A DNA stretch of 62,545 nucleotides, filler included, from Choristocarpus tenellus KU-1152 (lineage: Eukaryota; Protista; Phaeophyceae), in the NCBI GenBank assembly GCA_964200185.2. It is 12 parts of 12 records of this genome, joined end to end, with 100 filler letters (N's around TTAATTAATTAA, not from the genome) between each part and the next. Parts side by side here need not be neighbours in the genome. Positions count along the whole stretch, not along the records: positions 48,663 to 55,678 come from CAXNAD020006858.1; positions 55,779 to 59,588 come from CAXNAD020017803.1; positions 59,689 to 62,545 come from CAXNAD020024161.1; 9 more parts are not named here. One strand, given 5' to 3'. Below, one piece after another: positions 51,001 to 62,545 of the stretch. The translations under genes and the position numbers were made by a program. The notes beneath the pieces are model-generated. The model made no database searches. It was not told where the DNA came from and saw only the letters and a program-made list of their open reading frames with translations. Within the stretch, counting starts at the first letter, position 1, and the number at the start of each line of letters is the position of its first letter.

Positions 51001-54000
51001 TAAATGTAATCGTAGTATATGAAAAGTACCCATGGTGAGAAAGGACCAGGCGTTGATGAACCATGTCACCTGTTTATCCTCCATCTCACCGAGGTGTGTG
51101 GCTAGGTTCTGTGACCCAGATTTCTCCGCTACCCTTGCCATGTGAGCTTGGACAAAGCGGTCCGTTCAAAAGGACGTAGGGCAACAAAAGCATGTGTGTC
51201 TGGAGCAAGGTTGATGTGGACAGGAAATCCAGCACTGGTTATAGGGGCTGGTAATCCTGACGGGGAGATGCGTATATCTTCTTCACTTTGAGGACGATCC
51301 CCACCCTCTGCAGGACCGTTTTGAGTTGATGAAACGCCCTCATGGGTTTGGAATCATTCCTGTTGTAGGAGGAAATGGAATCATCCACACAACTTTGAGA
51401 TGTGACTCATAGGGACAAACATCGCCTGGAGATTCTATAGAGCCTTGGAGGTGACGAGACAGAACAGGAGGGGGCTAGTGGGTCGCCTTGTTGTGACCCC
51501 GACCTAGACTGTAAGGTTTTCACCCCCTCTTTCATCCAGAAGGAAGAGTACCTCTGGTGAGCCTCCATATTAATTTTCTATGAGTAGTTCTGAATGAAAG
51601 AGGAAAACATTTTACACTATAGGTCAGGAGCACAATAAGGTGACCCACTAGGCCCCCTCCTGTTCTACCTGGCCACCTCCAAAGCTCTGAAAAGCTTGAA
51701 AAGCTTCTGCCTCCGGAGTTATCCGGATGGCTCATCCCTCTCCACCTGCAGGATTGATTCCATGCCCATAGAATCATTCCACTATCTGAAGAAGGATCTG
51801 CAGAGGGTTGGAATCCTCATCAATATGGAGTAGACATACGTGTCTTCCCCTCAGGGTCACCGGACCTTGCAATCAAAGCTGGATCTCCTACTCACATCAA
51901 CCTTGCAGACACCCACGGTTTTGATGCCCTATTGGCCCACACCCTCTTTCCAAGACCATATGGTAGGAGTACTGGAGAACTTTGGGTCAAGAAACCTACT
52001 ACATAACTCAGTGAGATGAAGGATAAACAAGTGGCATGATTCCTCGACTTTTGCTCCCTCTCTTCCAGCCTAGGCCACATAGTGCGAGCCACCTCACTAC
52101 AATTAGCAAATTCACTTTGCAGCAGACTGACAACAATTCTGTGTGTGGACCCTCAAGAGAAACATGAGGGGACAGACTCAACTGAGGTAGAGTAATAATT
52201 TGAGAGGTAGTGTGAAAATAAACTTCTTCGCTTAGACGCACAGCAGCAGCCCAAGCCCTCCTTCCAGATCCCTAACTTAGAAGGGAATCTTCTGCAAAGA
52301 CATTAGCATGTGATTGGAGTAGTGTGGGCAACATGCGAGTATGTAAGCAACCACCTCTCTGAGCCAGCAAGGTGAGTCGCTTCTCCAGAATTCCGCCTCA
52401 CAGGGAACTGGTCTTCAGGGGTAAAGGAGGCATTCGTCCAACACCAACCCAGTAGATGGATTTAGAAAACAGGGTGTACACGCTTGTCATGCATTGCACA
52501 TGACCCAGGGCTTGAGAATAAGAGCAGCAGTGCTCGCCGATGTTCAGGCAACTGGGCAGCATCTACAGGCGGATGGCCAACCTCACACCCTGGAGGATGT
52601 AAGCCCCTTCACCGTTGACCAGGATTTTCTTATAGATATGGTATTCCATGCTGTTGACGGTCTAATGTACCCATTGCTCCTTACTGCGAAAAAGTATTAA
52701 TGCTGGATGTGGCTTTTGCATAGTCCAAGCAGCCTGGCACCTACAACGTTCCTGTAGAATATTGAACAGAGGAGACAGAGCGATGATTGGTGGGAGTGCT
52801 GTACCAAACACCCAATAAGTATGGCTGGAACTGAGGCAGTGCATTTAATAGTAGTGCAAAGTTTAAGTCAGTAGTAGATGAGTATGAGAAGTAACTGAAT
52901 GTGCTGTGCCTCTTGACTAATGGAGGGCATATCCTCAGACTAATTTGATCCAAAGTAATACTTCCTTGTAGTAGGTAAGGACACCACCTCTCAGCACCAG
53001 TATGGCAAGCAGCTTCAGCTATTTTATTCTGGGTGGGTTTCTTGTTATCTTACTTACGCACCTGTTGGTGCATGTGGATGACTCGATATTAAAATGTCAC
53101 AAAACGAACATGCACTGGCATGCATCAGGGTTGATACCAAACAAAAAAATGTACATCCCAAGCTTTCTTCAAGCTCCCAACTTACTGTCACTGAGGACCT
53201 TTGACTTGAGCAATCTCAAGGGTTTTTAGGTATCTCCCTTACCCATTCCCCTCTGACTGCTCATGAGAGAGTCACCACTCCCATCGCCTCTGCTTCAGTA
53301 TTATGTGTTCTGAAAAGGAGAAGGCAATGCAGAGCGCCAGGCTTACTAGGACTCCTGTATATAGCCAGTGCCCGAAAGAGGAGAGAACTAGCCCCAGATG
53401 ACGCTTAGCATGACTCTTCCTCCCTTCTGACCCTTCTATCCATCATACTCACAATTTAGGATAGGAGACCTTGGCATGTGTTGGGAACAACTTCACCAAT
53501 GCGTTCCACCTTCCCATCTTCCATTTGACTCCTATTGCTAGGTCTCTCATCAGTCACACATTATTGCACTAAGTGCCAACAAACACTCAATCAACAGCTA
53601 AATCGCCACTGCCAAATGGGAGAACAGGGTGTCGTTGAGCAGGTCACAGTACTATTGGCGCTACTAAATGCTCTGACTGTTTGAGGTGGAAGATGCACAG
53701 TCCGTTGGACACTCTATAGTGAGGTCTTTACCAGAACACGTACACCCAACAAATTGTGGAATCCTTACCCTTTCCCTTGTGTGACCCCAAAGCCACAAAC
53801 ACCTTGCTTCCAAGAACAATGGACATGTCTCTAACTCTGGTGGACTGTCTAAATGAAAGGGGTGTATGATTTACGCTAAACAAAAAGCTAGACCTATCCA
53901 GCATCTACGTACATTGGTAGCAGAGGAGGCGTTTTCGAGTCCCTTTCCACTCCATACACTCTAAGAGTGTTCACCAATTGGAGTTGGGAAGACAACGACA

Positions 54001-54221
54001 TGCACACCACAATAGCTCATTCCCAGGGATGCTTTTCCCCTTTTGCCTGACAATATTACCACCGTCACCACTTTATTGGGATGACTCCGCGGCATCCCAG
54101 TAGTGAACTTGATCCTTGATATCACAGATACGAGCGGTTTGCACACGCACAGTGATGACGGCAATGTTCGGTCCTGGGCACACAAAACACAAGCAAACAG
54201 GAGAAGAAATATATATTGCAC

Positions 54222-54252
<31 letters not shown>

Positions 54253-54390
54253 GAGAAGAGGGGGGGGGGGGGGGGGCGGGGGGGGGGGGAAAAGGGGGGG
54301 GGGGAGGGCCCCACCGGAAGACCGCAGAANNNNNNNNNNATAAAAGAAGGAAAGAAAAAAAGGGGGGAAGAGAAAAGGAGAGGGGATAGG

Positions 54391-54466
<76 letters not shown>

Positions 54467-55586
54467 GAGTAGTAGTTGGCGGAGAGGAGCCAGAGGGATG
54501 AGAAAAAAGGGACGTCAAGTCCCTTACGTGCATCATCGGGGATGTGGCGCAAAGGCGAGGAGCAAGGCCGTTGCACTCCAGAGTATGCAACAATTCCGCC
54601 GCCGGGGGTCAAAGGCTGTGTTGCGAAACGGTCAAAACAGCGCATATTTTCAGAGCGTTGAGGTACAGAGGAGTGACCCCACCAACCTCTGCTTTGCATT
54701 TACAACCCAAGGAATCAAGCAGGGCCACACGCAACCACGCACCTACTGATCGGCGAACAATGCTGGGGGCGGGAAAAGATAAAATGGTAGGGGAGGGAAG
54801 GGGCGGAACGGAACGGAACAGAACGGAACGAAACGCCTCTATGAACAGCAACACCTGTCACCGAAATAAATGGGGCATTGAAAAGAAAAAAAAAATGTGG
54901 AGGAAATGGTCTGCTCCACAACCCCTCCTCCATTGGAGAGCAGCTGTAGTACGCGTGAAGGGTTTCCTTGTACATCGCCCACCAACCCTCCACACAATAC
55001 AATTAAGAGTCCTCACCAACAATGAAGTTCTTCGAACCAGGGTTGTTTTGGAGGTGCAGCTCCCGGTACACTTCTGCATGCGCTCCATCCTGTTGGGAGG
55101 TAGCAGAGTCGGTCACCACGGGAAGGCAGGGAGGGATGGGGGTTGTCATCAAAAGAAAATGTCAGCCGAGGCAAGGGCAGTAGAAAAAATGGGTTCAAGG
55201 CCCTTCACCAGTAGCGGGAACCCACCATGATGACGTTACGATAGCTCCAGTGTTCCACTCTTAAAAGTAGGGAATGAGAGTGGATGCGTTATCTTGTTCA
55301 TTATCAAAGGGAGATTATTGCCAAGCGGTCCCAAGATAGATGCCCAACACCATCTGACCCACAAACTCAGAATAATTTACAATAAAAAAAAACAGAAGAC
55401 ACAGCTCGCAGCGTTGTTGCGTATCTCAAACGAGTCCGTCACAGGCGAACGCACGATCTCAAGGGAAAAAAAAAAAAATGTAATCAAAGGCGTCCATTAA
55501 GGTCAAGTAGCTCCCAAAGCGATGGGTCATCCCACCATTTGCAAGAACAAACCGAAAAGGAACAAAAAAAAAAAAAAAAAAGGCTA

Positions 55587-55678
55587 GACTCAAAGTATCT
55601 GAGGGGGGGGTGCGGGTTGTGAGGGGGTGTCCGTTTCGGTCAAACAACTTTTTTTTTGCAGACATTTCAAATCAGACA
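55587..55678. mobile_element. MITE (B-like) end at contig terminus
   Basis: GACTCAAAGTATCTGAGGGGGGG... Confidence 0.7.
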
Positions 55679-57075
55679 NNNNNNNNNNNNNNNNNNNNNN
55701 NNNNNNNNNNNNNNNNNNNNNNTTAATTAATTAANNNNNNNNNNNNNNNNNNNNNNNNNNNNNNNNNNNNNNNNNNNNTATCTCCCCCCCCCTCCCCTCT
55801 CTTCTTTTTTTCTTTGTGTTGTGGGTGGTGGTTGGGGGGTGGGGGGGGGTTAGGATTGTGTCCTGGAGTGTTTTTTTTTTTATATTCCTGGTTGTATTCT
55901 TGCTTTGTGTTGCAACAGATGGTGTTGAGTGGAAGTATGTGTTAACTCTTAGTACTGTGTACGTTGATGCAATGCGAGGAGGGAGAACCTGGGTTTCATA
56001 GCTTGCTCAGGCGATGTTTTGGTGGGATGAGGAGGTATTATTGTTCGTTTTGCTTGCTTGTTTGTCTGTTCAACCAGCGTGATTGACCTGGGATGGCGTG
56101 CTTTTGTAGGGCTGTAAGGGTTTTTTCAGTCCACATCTCCCCCTAGTCCATCGGTGTTTTGGGGGAAGGTGTACTCTTTTATGTCATCAAATGTGATGAG
56201 ACTGAAGCTTCTGAATCGATTCGATACATTGACTTTTTTTTTGGTACAGTCTGGTGTGTGTTGTATGCAATTGAGTTGCTTAGGTGTTTTTTTTTGTACT
56301 ATCAAGATTCTTTTTTTTTGTTCATCTTGAGGGCTGACTCGGGTAAGTGATGTCACAATCGATCAACAGATTAGGTGTGGCAGTTGAAGTCATTCTCGTA
56401 GTCATTCTCGTAGTTTGATACATCGTCTTGGTAGTTTGATACATCGGTTGTGTCAGACCATGTTGCAAGGCAGAACTGTATTATTATATTGTAAAGAAAT
56501 CGGTTTGTTACTTGTTACCTGTGGGCGGTATTATTCATATTTTTTGTACAGTTGTTTTCACTGTACCGGGTTAATGGAGTGGGGTCGAGCTGTGGGTCTG
56601 CCTCGCAAAAATGTTTTCATTTTTAATCAGGACTGTACTGCTCCTTGGCTGTCAAAGGTTTTTCACAAGGTCAAGCCAGCACCATCATAGTTTCAATAGT
56701 ATATATGTATATATATTTATATATACTATTTTTATATATATTCTGTGCACCGTATATATTTTGAGTTGCATAATGTCGCACATCTATTTGGGTTTGCAGT
56801 GTTGTAATAATTCTCCCGTGTAGTGATTGGACAAGAAAAGGGACCCTGACTGTAACATATGTATGTACAGGGGCTTTATTTTGTTATTAGGAAGTAGGTC
56901 ATTTCACCGGTAGCAACAGTAATAATAATTATTATGGAGCATGGCAGGGGCTGTGTCAGAATTAATATTGGTGAGATATTAAATTGATTACGCCTTCCTA
57001 CACTTTTGTTTTTTCAAAATGTGTTCATTATTATTATTATTAATATTATTATAACTGTTTTGTTTTTTTTCTTAG

Positions 57076-59340
57076 GTACTACACCGATGAGAATTGGCAG
57101 CCCAAGAAACTTGATGTAGAGGTGGAAGTGCCTGAGACGCTGGATTTGGAAGGGTGTCGCTCCACTGGCATGCAGGTCAGTCCTCGTTGGAAGGCGTGCT
57201 TAGCTGACCGGTGTGTGGGTAAATGTATGGATTTGACCTCCCTCTCCTGTGGAAACTCAATCAAGAAGTAATTTTCTCACTACATGGTACGCAAGTGTGT
57301 GTATGTGTATATATGTACGCATGCACCTTTTTTTTTTAACCAGAAGTAGTTTGCACCGCTTTGCTCGAAAATTTTTCCAGGATTCTAAATGGAAATGTAC
57401 TGGGTAATGTCTTTTTTTGGTGTTGTTCCTGCCCTTGTCCAGCATTGTTTCGCTTTTGTCGGGTAAGTGCAGGTAATTGCAGGTCTGTAAATGATTTGTA
57501 TATGTGCCTGGTACTCTGGTTCTCATCCCCTTGCCCTAACCTTAACCGGTGCAAACACGCCCTCCAGTGATGTTTTCGTGTGTGCAATGTCTCCATCACT
57601 TGTGTGTGCGTGCGTGTGTGTGTGTGTGTGTGTGTTATTTTCTTACGCCTTGGACTGAATAGCACTTGGGTGGGCTTGGTTTTTGTAAACTGGTGTTGTG
57701 TACCCATGGTCTGTGTGATAAGGTAACCAGATGCATGATCGAATTTAACCAAGCTACAGTATTACAGTGTAGTCACAGGCTTCTACTATGTGTATTTATT
57801 GTAGTGTAGTGTAGTGTAGTGTAGTGTATTTTATTTATATAATGTATTGTATTGTATTGTATTGTATTGTAGTGTATTTTATTTATATGATGTATTGTAT
57901 TGTATTGTATTGTATTGCCGTGGTTTCGGCACTGTGTTGGGTGTATAGTGGAATGTTGAATTGGCAGCGGTTTGGAATTAGTTGTGTCCAACTGGATTGT
58001 ATCTTGATGAATTTGTTCTTCGCTAAGTTTGGAGAGTTAATTTACCAATCAAATTGGTTTGCACTGATGTTCCGTGTGCAGTGCATAATGGCACGTGTTC
58101 ATCCTTTTGAGAAAGTTCTACGTGGACTTGAGGGAACTTTGCTGGAGTATTATTTATAATTATAGAAGATACGGACCACCAAAACCTCCCTCCTCGTAAG
58201 CTATGTTATTTATTTTTTTAAGCACAACTGAAGCAGATTGTTTTCTTTTTTATTTCTTAGTTCTGAGCTGTTTTTCTTTTTCTTTTTTTTAGTGGGGTCC
58301 TTCGGTCGTTGCCTGAGGTTCTGATGATGTCTGTCACTTGGTGGAATTGTGTGATACGAGTTAACTGCATGTTCTTACCGGTATGAGCTCGCGTCAGAGC
58401 TCTGCTGATTTATCGTGGCTAGATAGTTGTTGATAAAACCAGACTGCATGGTGAATTCCAGATCGATGAGGTTGATTTGTGTCTTTAGGGTTTGATGGGC
58501 AGAGATGTGGCGCGTGTGGTGTGCGAGTGAAGTGAAACTATTAAAATAGTGGGTTTTTTTCAAGTTGTATTTATTCGCTCCTGTATGTGACTTTTTTGTT
58601 GAGTTTTTTTCTTTTACATGAGTTTGTTTAAAAATATGTATATTTTTGAAGTCGAGGGTATTGGAAACTGAGTGAAGGCCAGTCCAGGACTCGATTGTAG
58701 TACTATTGACTGGGTACTGGGTAGTACCTGTATGAATAGTATTAGTATTAGTATTAATAATAGCATTAGTATTAGTATTAGTAATAGTATTAGTATTAAT
58801 AATAGTATTAGTATTAGTATTAGTATTAATAATAGTATTAGTATTAATAATAGTATTAGTATTAGTATTAATAATAGCATTAGTAGTAGTATTAATAATA
58901 GCATTAGTAGTAGTATTAGTATTAATAATAGCGTGTACCATACGGTGTTATGTTTGGCGCAAGGTTCGAGAAGATCTGTAGTTCACTCTTGACTGTGCGC
59001 TACCAGCTCAAAGGCATGGTTCTTACTGGAGTATAGCTCACTAAGTCTAGGGCAAGAAGTAACCACACATCTAAGTAATCTTGGGGTGTCACATGGTCTG
59101 ATATTTGTTTTTCTTTAGGATCTTGTGACCCTTATGCCATAGGCATACTATGTGCTGACCCTCTTCTATACACCCTTCAGCAGTCTACCTTGTGTCAACC
59201 CCACTCTCCCTCCCTCTATCTCCCTGATGCTTCAAAATGCTTAACGTTGCTGGTTGTACTCAAGGCGGATGAGGTTCCCATGCCAGAGTCTGAGGAATCT
59301 CATGGTGGTGATGCGTCTGGCACTGGAAACCCACGTGCAG
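57076..59340 (+). CDS. USP5: Ubiquitin carboxyl-terminal hydrolase 5/13 (isopeptidase T/UBP14-like), two internal exons
   Basis: Exon 57076-57175 (polypyrimidine-TAG / GT): YYTDENWQPKKLDVEVEVPETLDLEGCRSTGMQ. Exon 59265-59340: ADEVPMPESEESHGGDASGTGNPRA. These match the USP5/13 segment WxPKKLDVxxxxPExLDxxxxRxxGLQPGEExLP that precedes the UBA domains. Confidence 0.8.
57800..57917. repeat. (TGTAG)n/(TGTAT)n pentanucleotide microsatellite in USP5 intron
   Basis: Seen directly. Confidence 0.9.
58735..58930. repeat. (ATTAGT)n/(AAT)n compound microsatellite in USP5 intron
   Basis: Seen directly; it accounts for the spurious poly-NT/SI/IL ORFs. Confidence 0.9.
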
Positions 59341-59688
59341 GTTATTCCCCCCCCCCTCCTCCACATCTACTTTATTGTTGCTTGCAATGTTGGAGCTCTG
59401 TTATTAGATGTGGAGTGTGAGAGGACATGATTGTGTTTGCCCATTGTGACGTTTGCTGGCTGTTGCTCTTTTTTGGGTCAGAAATTTAGATGGAGAGACT
59501 TTCCAATCCATTCCTCCCCCCCCCCCCCCCCCCCCCCCCCCATGAACCCAGCGAGGGTGTGGGGGGGGAGGAGGACGGCGGGGTAGGGNNNNNNNNNNNN
59601 NNNNNNNNNNNNNNNNNNNNNNNNNNNNNNNNTTAATTAATTAANNNNNNNNNNNNNNNNNNNNNNNNNNNNNNNNNNNNNNNNNNNN

Positions 59689-59714
59689 TTTTTTTGAAGC
59701 GCCCCCCCACCCAC

Positions 59715-59747
<33 letters not shown>

Positions 59748-59805
59748 TAAGAGGCCCCCCCCCGCCCCCCCCCCCCCCCCCCCCCCCCTCCAGATACTTT
59801 GAGCC
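59689..59805. mobile_element. MITE family B end with poly-C at contig start
   Basis: Poly-C then CCAGATACTTTGAGCC. Confidence 0.7.
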
Positions 59806-60188
59806 TCCACCGATTCCCCATTATCTGGTTGGCAGGAATCTTTGATCTAGTGCCAACGATTCTTTTGGCTATACATGGTACTATGCTGACACACTCCTGA
59901 GGAAATACTTACCTGCTCAACCGATAGGATGTGCTGTTCAGTTCAGTCCACCCTTGAGACTGCTTACACTTTTTTTCTTACTGATAAACTGAGCACTGAC
60001 AGTGACCTTCTGCTTCAAACAACGACAAGCGATGACAGCTTGTTAAGCTTAGGAACAGATCGATAACATGCCTACTATCTTCACCACCAGTGTCCCAGTG
60101 CCAATCTAAAGTGCAGATACTAAAAATGATAATAACTTGATTGTCCACCTAGCCTTCATACAGGTAGTTGTGGTGCTAGTCTAGTTCC

Positions 60189-60446
60189 GAGCCAAAGTAT
60201 CTTAGAGGGTAGAGCAGCGTCCATTTGGGGGCCAAAATCCAAAGTTACGATTTTGATGAAATTTTTCCTATCGTGTTTGTTAGGAGATGTCAATATCCAT
60301 GTTCCGGACATACCTTTCATAACATACATATTTTACCTACTCCGAAACATTTTGGAGTAGTAAAATGTCATCAAAAAAACAGTGGGAAGCCAAGCCCCAA
60401 ATGGACAAACAGGGCAAAACTCGTACCCTCTAAGATACTTTCACTC
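60189..60446 (+). mobile_element. MITE family A, full copy with 4-bp TSD TTCC
   Basis: TTCC|GAGCCAAAGTATCTTAGAGGGTA ... TACCCTCTAAGATACTTTCACTC|TTCC. Confidence 0.93.
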
Positions 60447-61630
60447 TTCCTACCAAACGTGTATTGCTTGGTTAGTTGTGACTGTGGTTGTGATTGTCTG
60501 TAGTAAGGTATAATAAATATGTACTGCAATATATATAGTACAGCGAGTTGAACAAATCGATGAAGATGTTGATCAATGCGCTGAGAAATTTTAGCAACCT
60601 GTTGATGAAGATATTCTAGTTGCTTTGGGCCTAGGAAATAAAACATGACCCAAGTACATAAGGAAGCCAAATTAGAGGGAAGAAATACATACATATATAT
60701 TGTGGAATGCGAACTAGAGGATTGATGATCAATTCTACATTCCAAGTTTGAACTACTACTGTAGGGTACGGATGTATTATGAAGTACTAATTGAATGTAG
60801 GTGGGCACCTCTTCCAGCATGATATTCGAAACTGAGATGCATCAGTGTTGGCAATCGTCCCCTTTGCAAGCCAAACATTGGACTCTGTTCCGCTGTGTGA
60901 AGATTAAGGGGAGAGTGTACATGTGTTCAATACAAGTAGACCCTAGGGATAATCTGAGAATAGCAAAGTACGGTATAATGCTTCATTTTGGTGTGTGATG
61001 GGAGGTCACCATGGCCCTGAAATACTCTGTCGATACTGAATGCTGATGTGATTGTTGTCTCAAAGCACCGCTTTATCTACTTTGAACCGCACCCAAAGTC
61101 AAACATGAAAGTACCTGGACTTTACGCACAGGTGTGGGTGACCTAGTTTGAGTGAAGAAGGTTGTGTTTCCTCTAAATATAACGTAAGTATAATAATTCT
61201 ACCCAAATCAATGTGGAAAAATAGCCCCTGACTAAACATGTACGTATACTCTGGACAAATACTGCAGGGTAATCTACAAGTACCAGGAGGAGGAAAAAAA
61301 TAGACTCCTTTGTAATTGAAAGCATCACACTTCTGTGGGTTCGAGCACATCCTAAAAGGTCAAGGTGGGTTCAGCACATCTAACTCATGGTGTCACACAC
61401 ATGATGCAGAATATAGACGAATTGAATTAACTCCCTTCTGTAATTCACCCAGCCTCATTGGTGGCTCCATACATTCCCCACCCTCACATCTGTCTCTCAA
61501 CATCACCCTTCCCACCTACTCCTAACCAATTTGGCATTACTCTACTCCCTCCTAGTTGTTGATAGGATGTAAAGATCAAACTTCTCCACACCTTGCTCGC
61601 CACATTTCCTCCACCAAAACACAAGGCATT

Positions 61631-61882
61631 TTAGCGTTGACAGGGTTGCATGCCCCTGTCACTCAATATGGCAGAGGTCTTTTGCAGGGTCATAGTTATT
61701 TCTTGCCTTGTGGATATTGAGACACCCTCATCAAACATCCCTCCGGCCCCTACACCATCCACATCTTTCACGGAAGCATCTGCACCCCTGGAAAGCAATT
61801 CGTTTACAGCATCAACATGTCCAAAGTAGGCGGCAAGATTCAAAGGGGTATCTCCCACGTGGGACCTTGCCTCTAGCATTGC
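61631..61882 (-). CDS. Ankyrin-repeat protein, probable terminal exon
   Basis: Acceptor ...GTGCACAG then AMLEARSHVGDTPLNLAAYFGHVDAVNELLSRGADASVKD, a canonical ankyrin GxTPLxxAAxxGHxxxVxxLLxxGAD; ends at a stop at 61633-61631. Confidence 0.75.
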   Translation of the reverse strand, partial: AMLEARSHVGDTPLNLAAYFGHVDAVNELLSRGADASVKDVDGVGAGGMFDEGVSISTRQEITMTLQKTSAILSDRGMQPCQR

Positions 61883-62364
61883 CTGTGCACCAAGAGGAGG
61901 ATGGAGGGCAGGTACATGGGATGAGAAGGGTGGGGTGTGTGAGCAAAAGTGCTGCAGAGATTTTTGAGTGAGGATGTTTTGTCGAATGCATTGATGCCCA
62001 ATCCAGACGATTTTACACGTGGGAAAGAACGGATTTTGTTTTTTGACCCGTTCCTAACACCTGCAAATTCTTTAGGATATTCCAAACGCATGGATGTTCC
62101 CCTGGATATTCCATCCATTCCATCTGCTCCATATATTCCTAAAATAGGTGATTAGAATAGAAACACTCCGAGTATGCCATTTTGAATGTTTTGTAATTTT
62201 ATTTTTGGGCATTGTTTTCACTAATATATGTGATATGTTCGTAGATTTGGAGAGATAGTTCGCACATGGTGATGGTGGGTCAATTAAGCAGAGAGATGAA
62301 AATAAAAACATTTAAGCAAGAGTACATCCGTGAGGTCTCACTCTTCCATTCTACAACCACGTGA

Positions 62365-62545
62365 AGCTCAAAGAATCTGGGGGGGCGGGTGGCGGCTGTC
62401 CATTTTGGGGCTAATTTTTTCATGTCGTGATATTTGAGTGATTTGGTTCCATACGTTGGATGGATAATGAAAGTACACTTTTCCTGGTTATGGACCAAGT
62501 GGACCCTCTGGTGTAGACCCGCCCCTCCCCCCCCCCCCCCCCCCC
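62365..62545 (-). mobile_element. MITE family B (reverse), running off the window end
   Basis: AGCTCAAAGAATCTGGGGGG..GTGATTTGGTT..GGATGGATAATG..TGGTGTAGACCC. Confidence 0.88.

Noticed and set aside
50030-54100. Additional LINE relic(s) on the minus strand
   Set aside because: Only faint hints (TDH endonuclease-like and SYxGV-like segments); too decayed to call without a profile search.
53961-54699. Poly-Phe/Lys/Gly/Pro ORFs (also 40221-40730)
   Set aside because: They arise from low-quality homopolymer runs around 10-N gaps.
58375-58992. Poly-NT, poly-IL and poly-SI ORFs
   Set aside because: Translations of an (ATTAGT)n microsatellite inside the USP5 intron.
5536-59688. Recurrent TTAATTAATTAA palindrome embedded in N runs, as a biological repeat
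   Set aside because: Identical 100-nt structure every time with stops in six frames: a contig-joining linker. Cross-spacer gene neighbourhoods are therefore meaningless.

Overview
Eukaryotic, intron-rich and repeat-rich genomic DNA. It is not one continuous locus: 11 artificial 100-nt spacers (N44-TTAATTAATTAA-N44) join 12 contigs, so adjacency across spacers means nothing. Large GT-AG introns, dispersed TTAGGG repeats and the transposon content suggest an alga or stramenopile (possibly a brown alga), but this is inference only. Recognisable host genes, all partial: seven 3' exons of a methionine synthase reductase-like diflavin reductase (minus strand, 31726-39932); the last two exons of an X-family DNA polymerase, Pol lambda-like (plus strand, convergent with it); two exons of a USP5/13-type deubiquitinase; an ankyrin-repeat exon; and a few orphan exons. 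The rest is mostly decayed transposons: three Tc1/mariner (Stowaway-type) transposase relics, Copia relics, an RTE-like LINE relic, and about 20 copies of two related MITE families. I found no CRISPR, prokaryotic operon or clearly new enzymatic system. The most unusual signals are: telomeric hexamers scattered through one gene, including in-frame within a coding exon; two homologous MITE families with different termini and different target-site-duplication (TSD) lengths; a triplicated splice acceptor; and a tiny 40-bp hairpin-plus-(TAA)n dispersed element.
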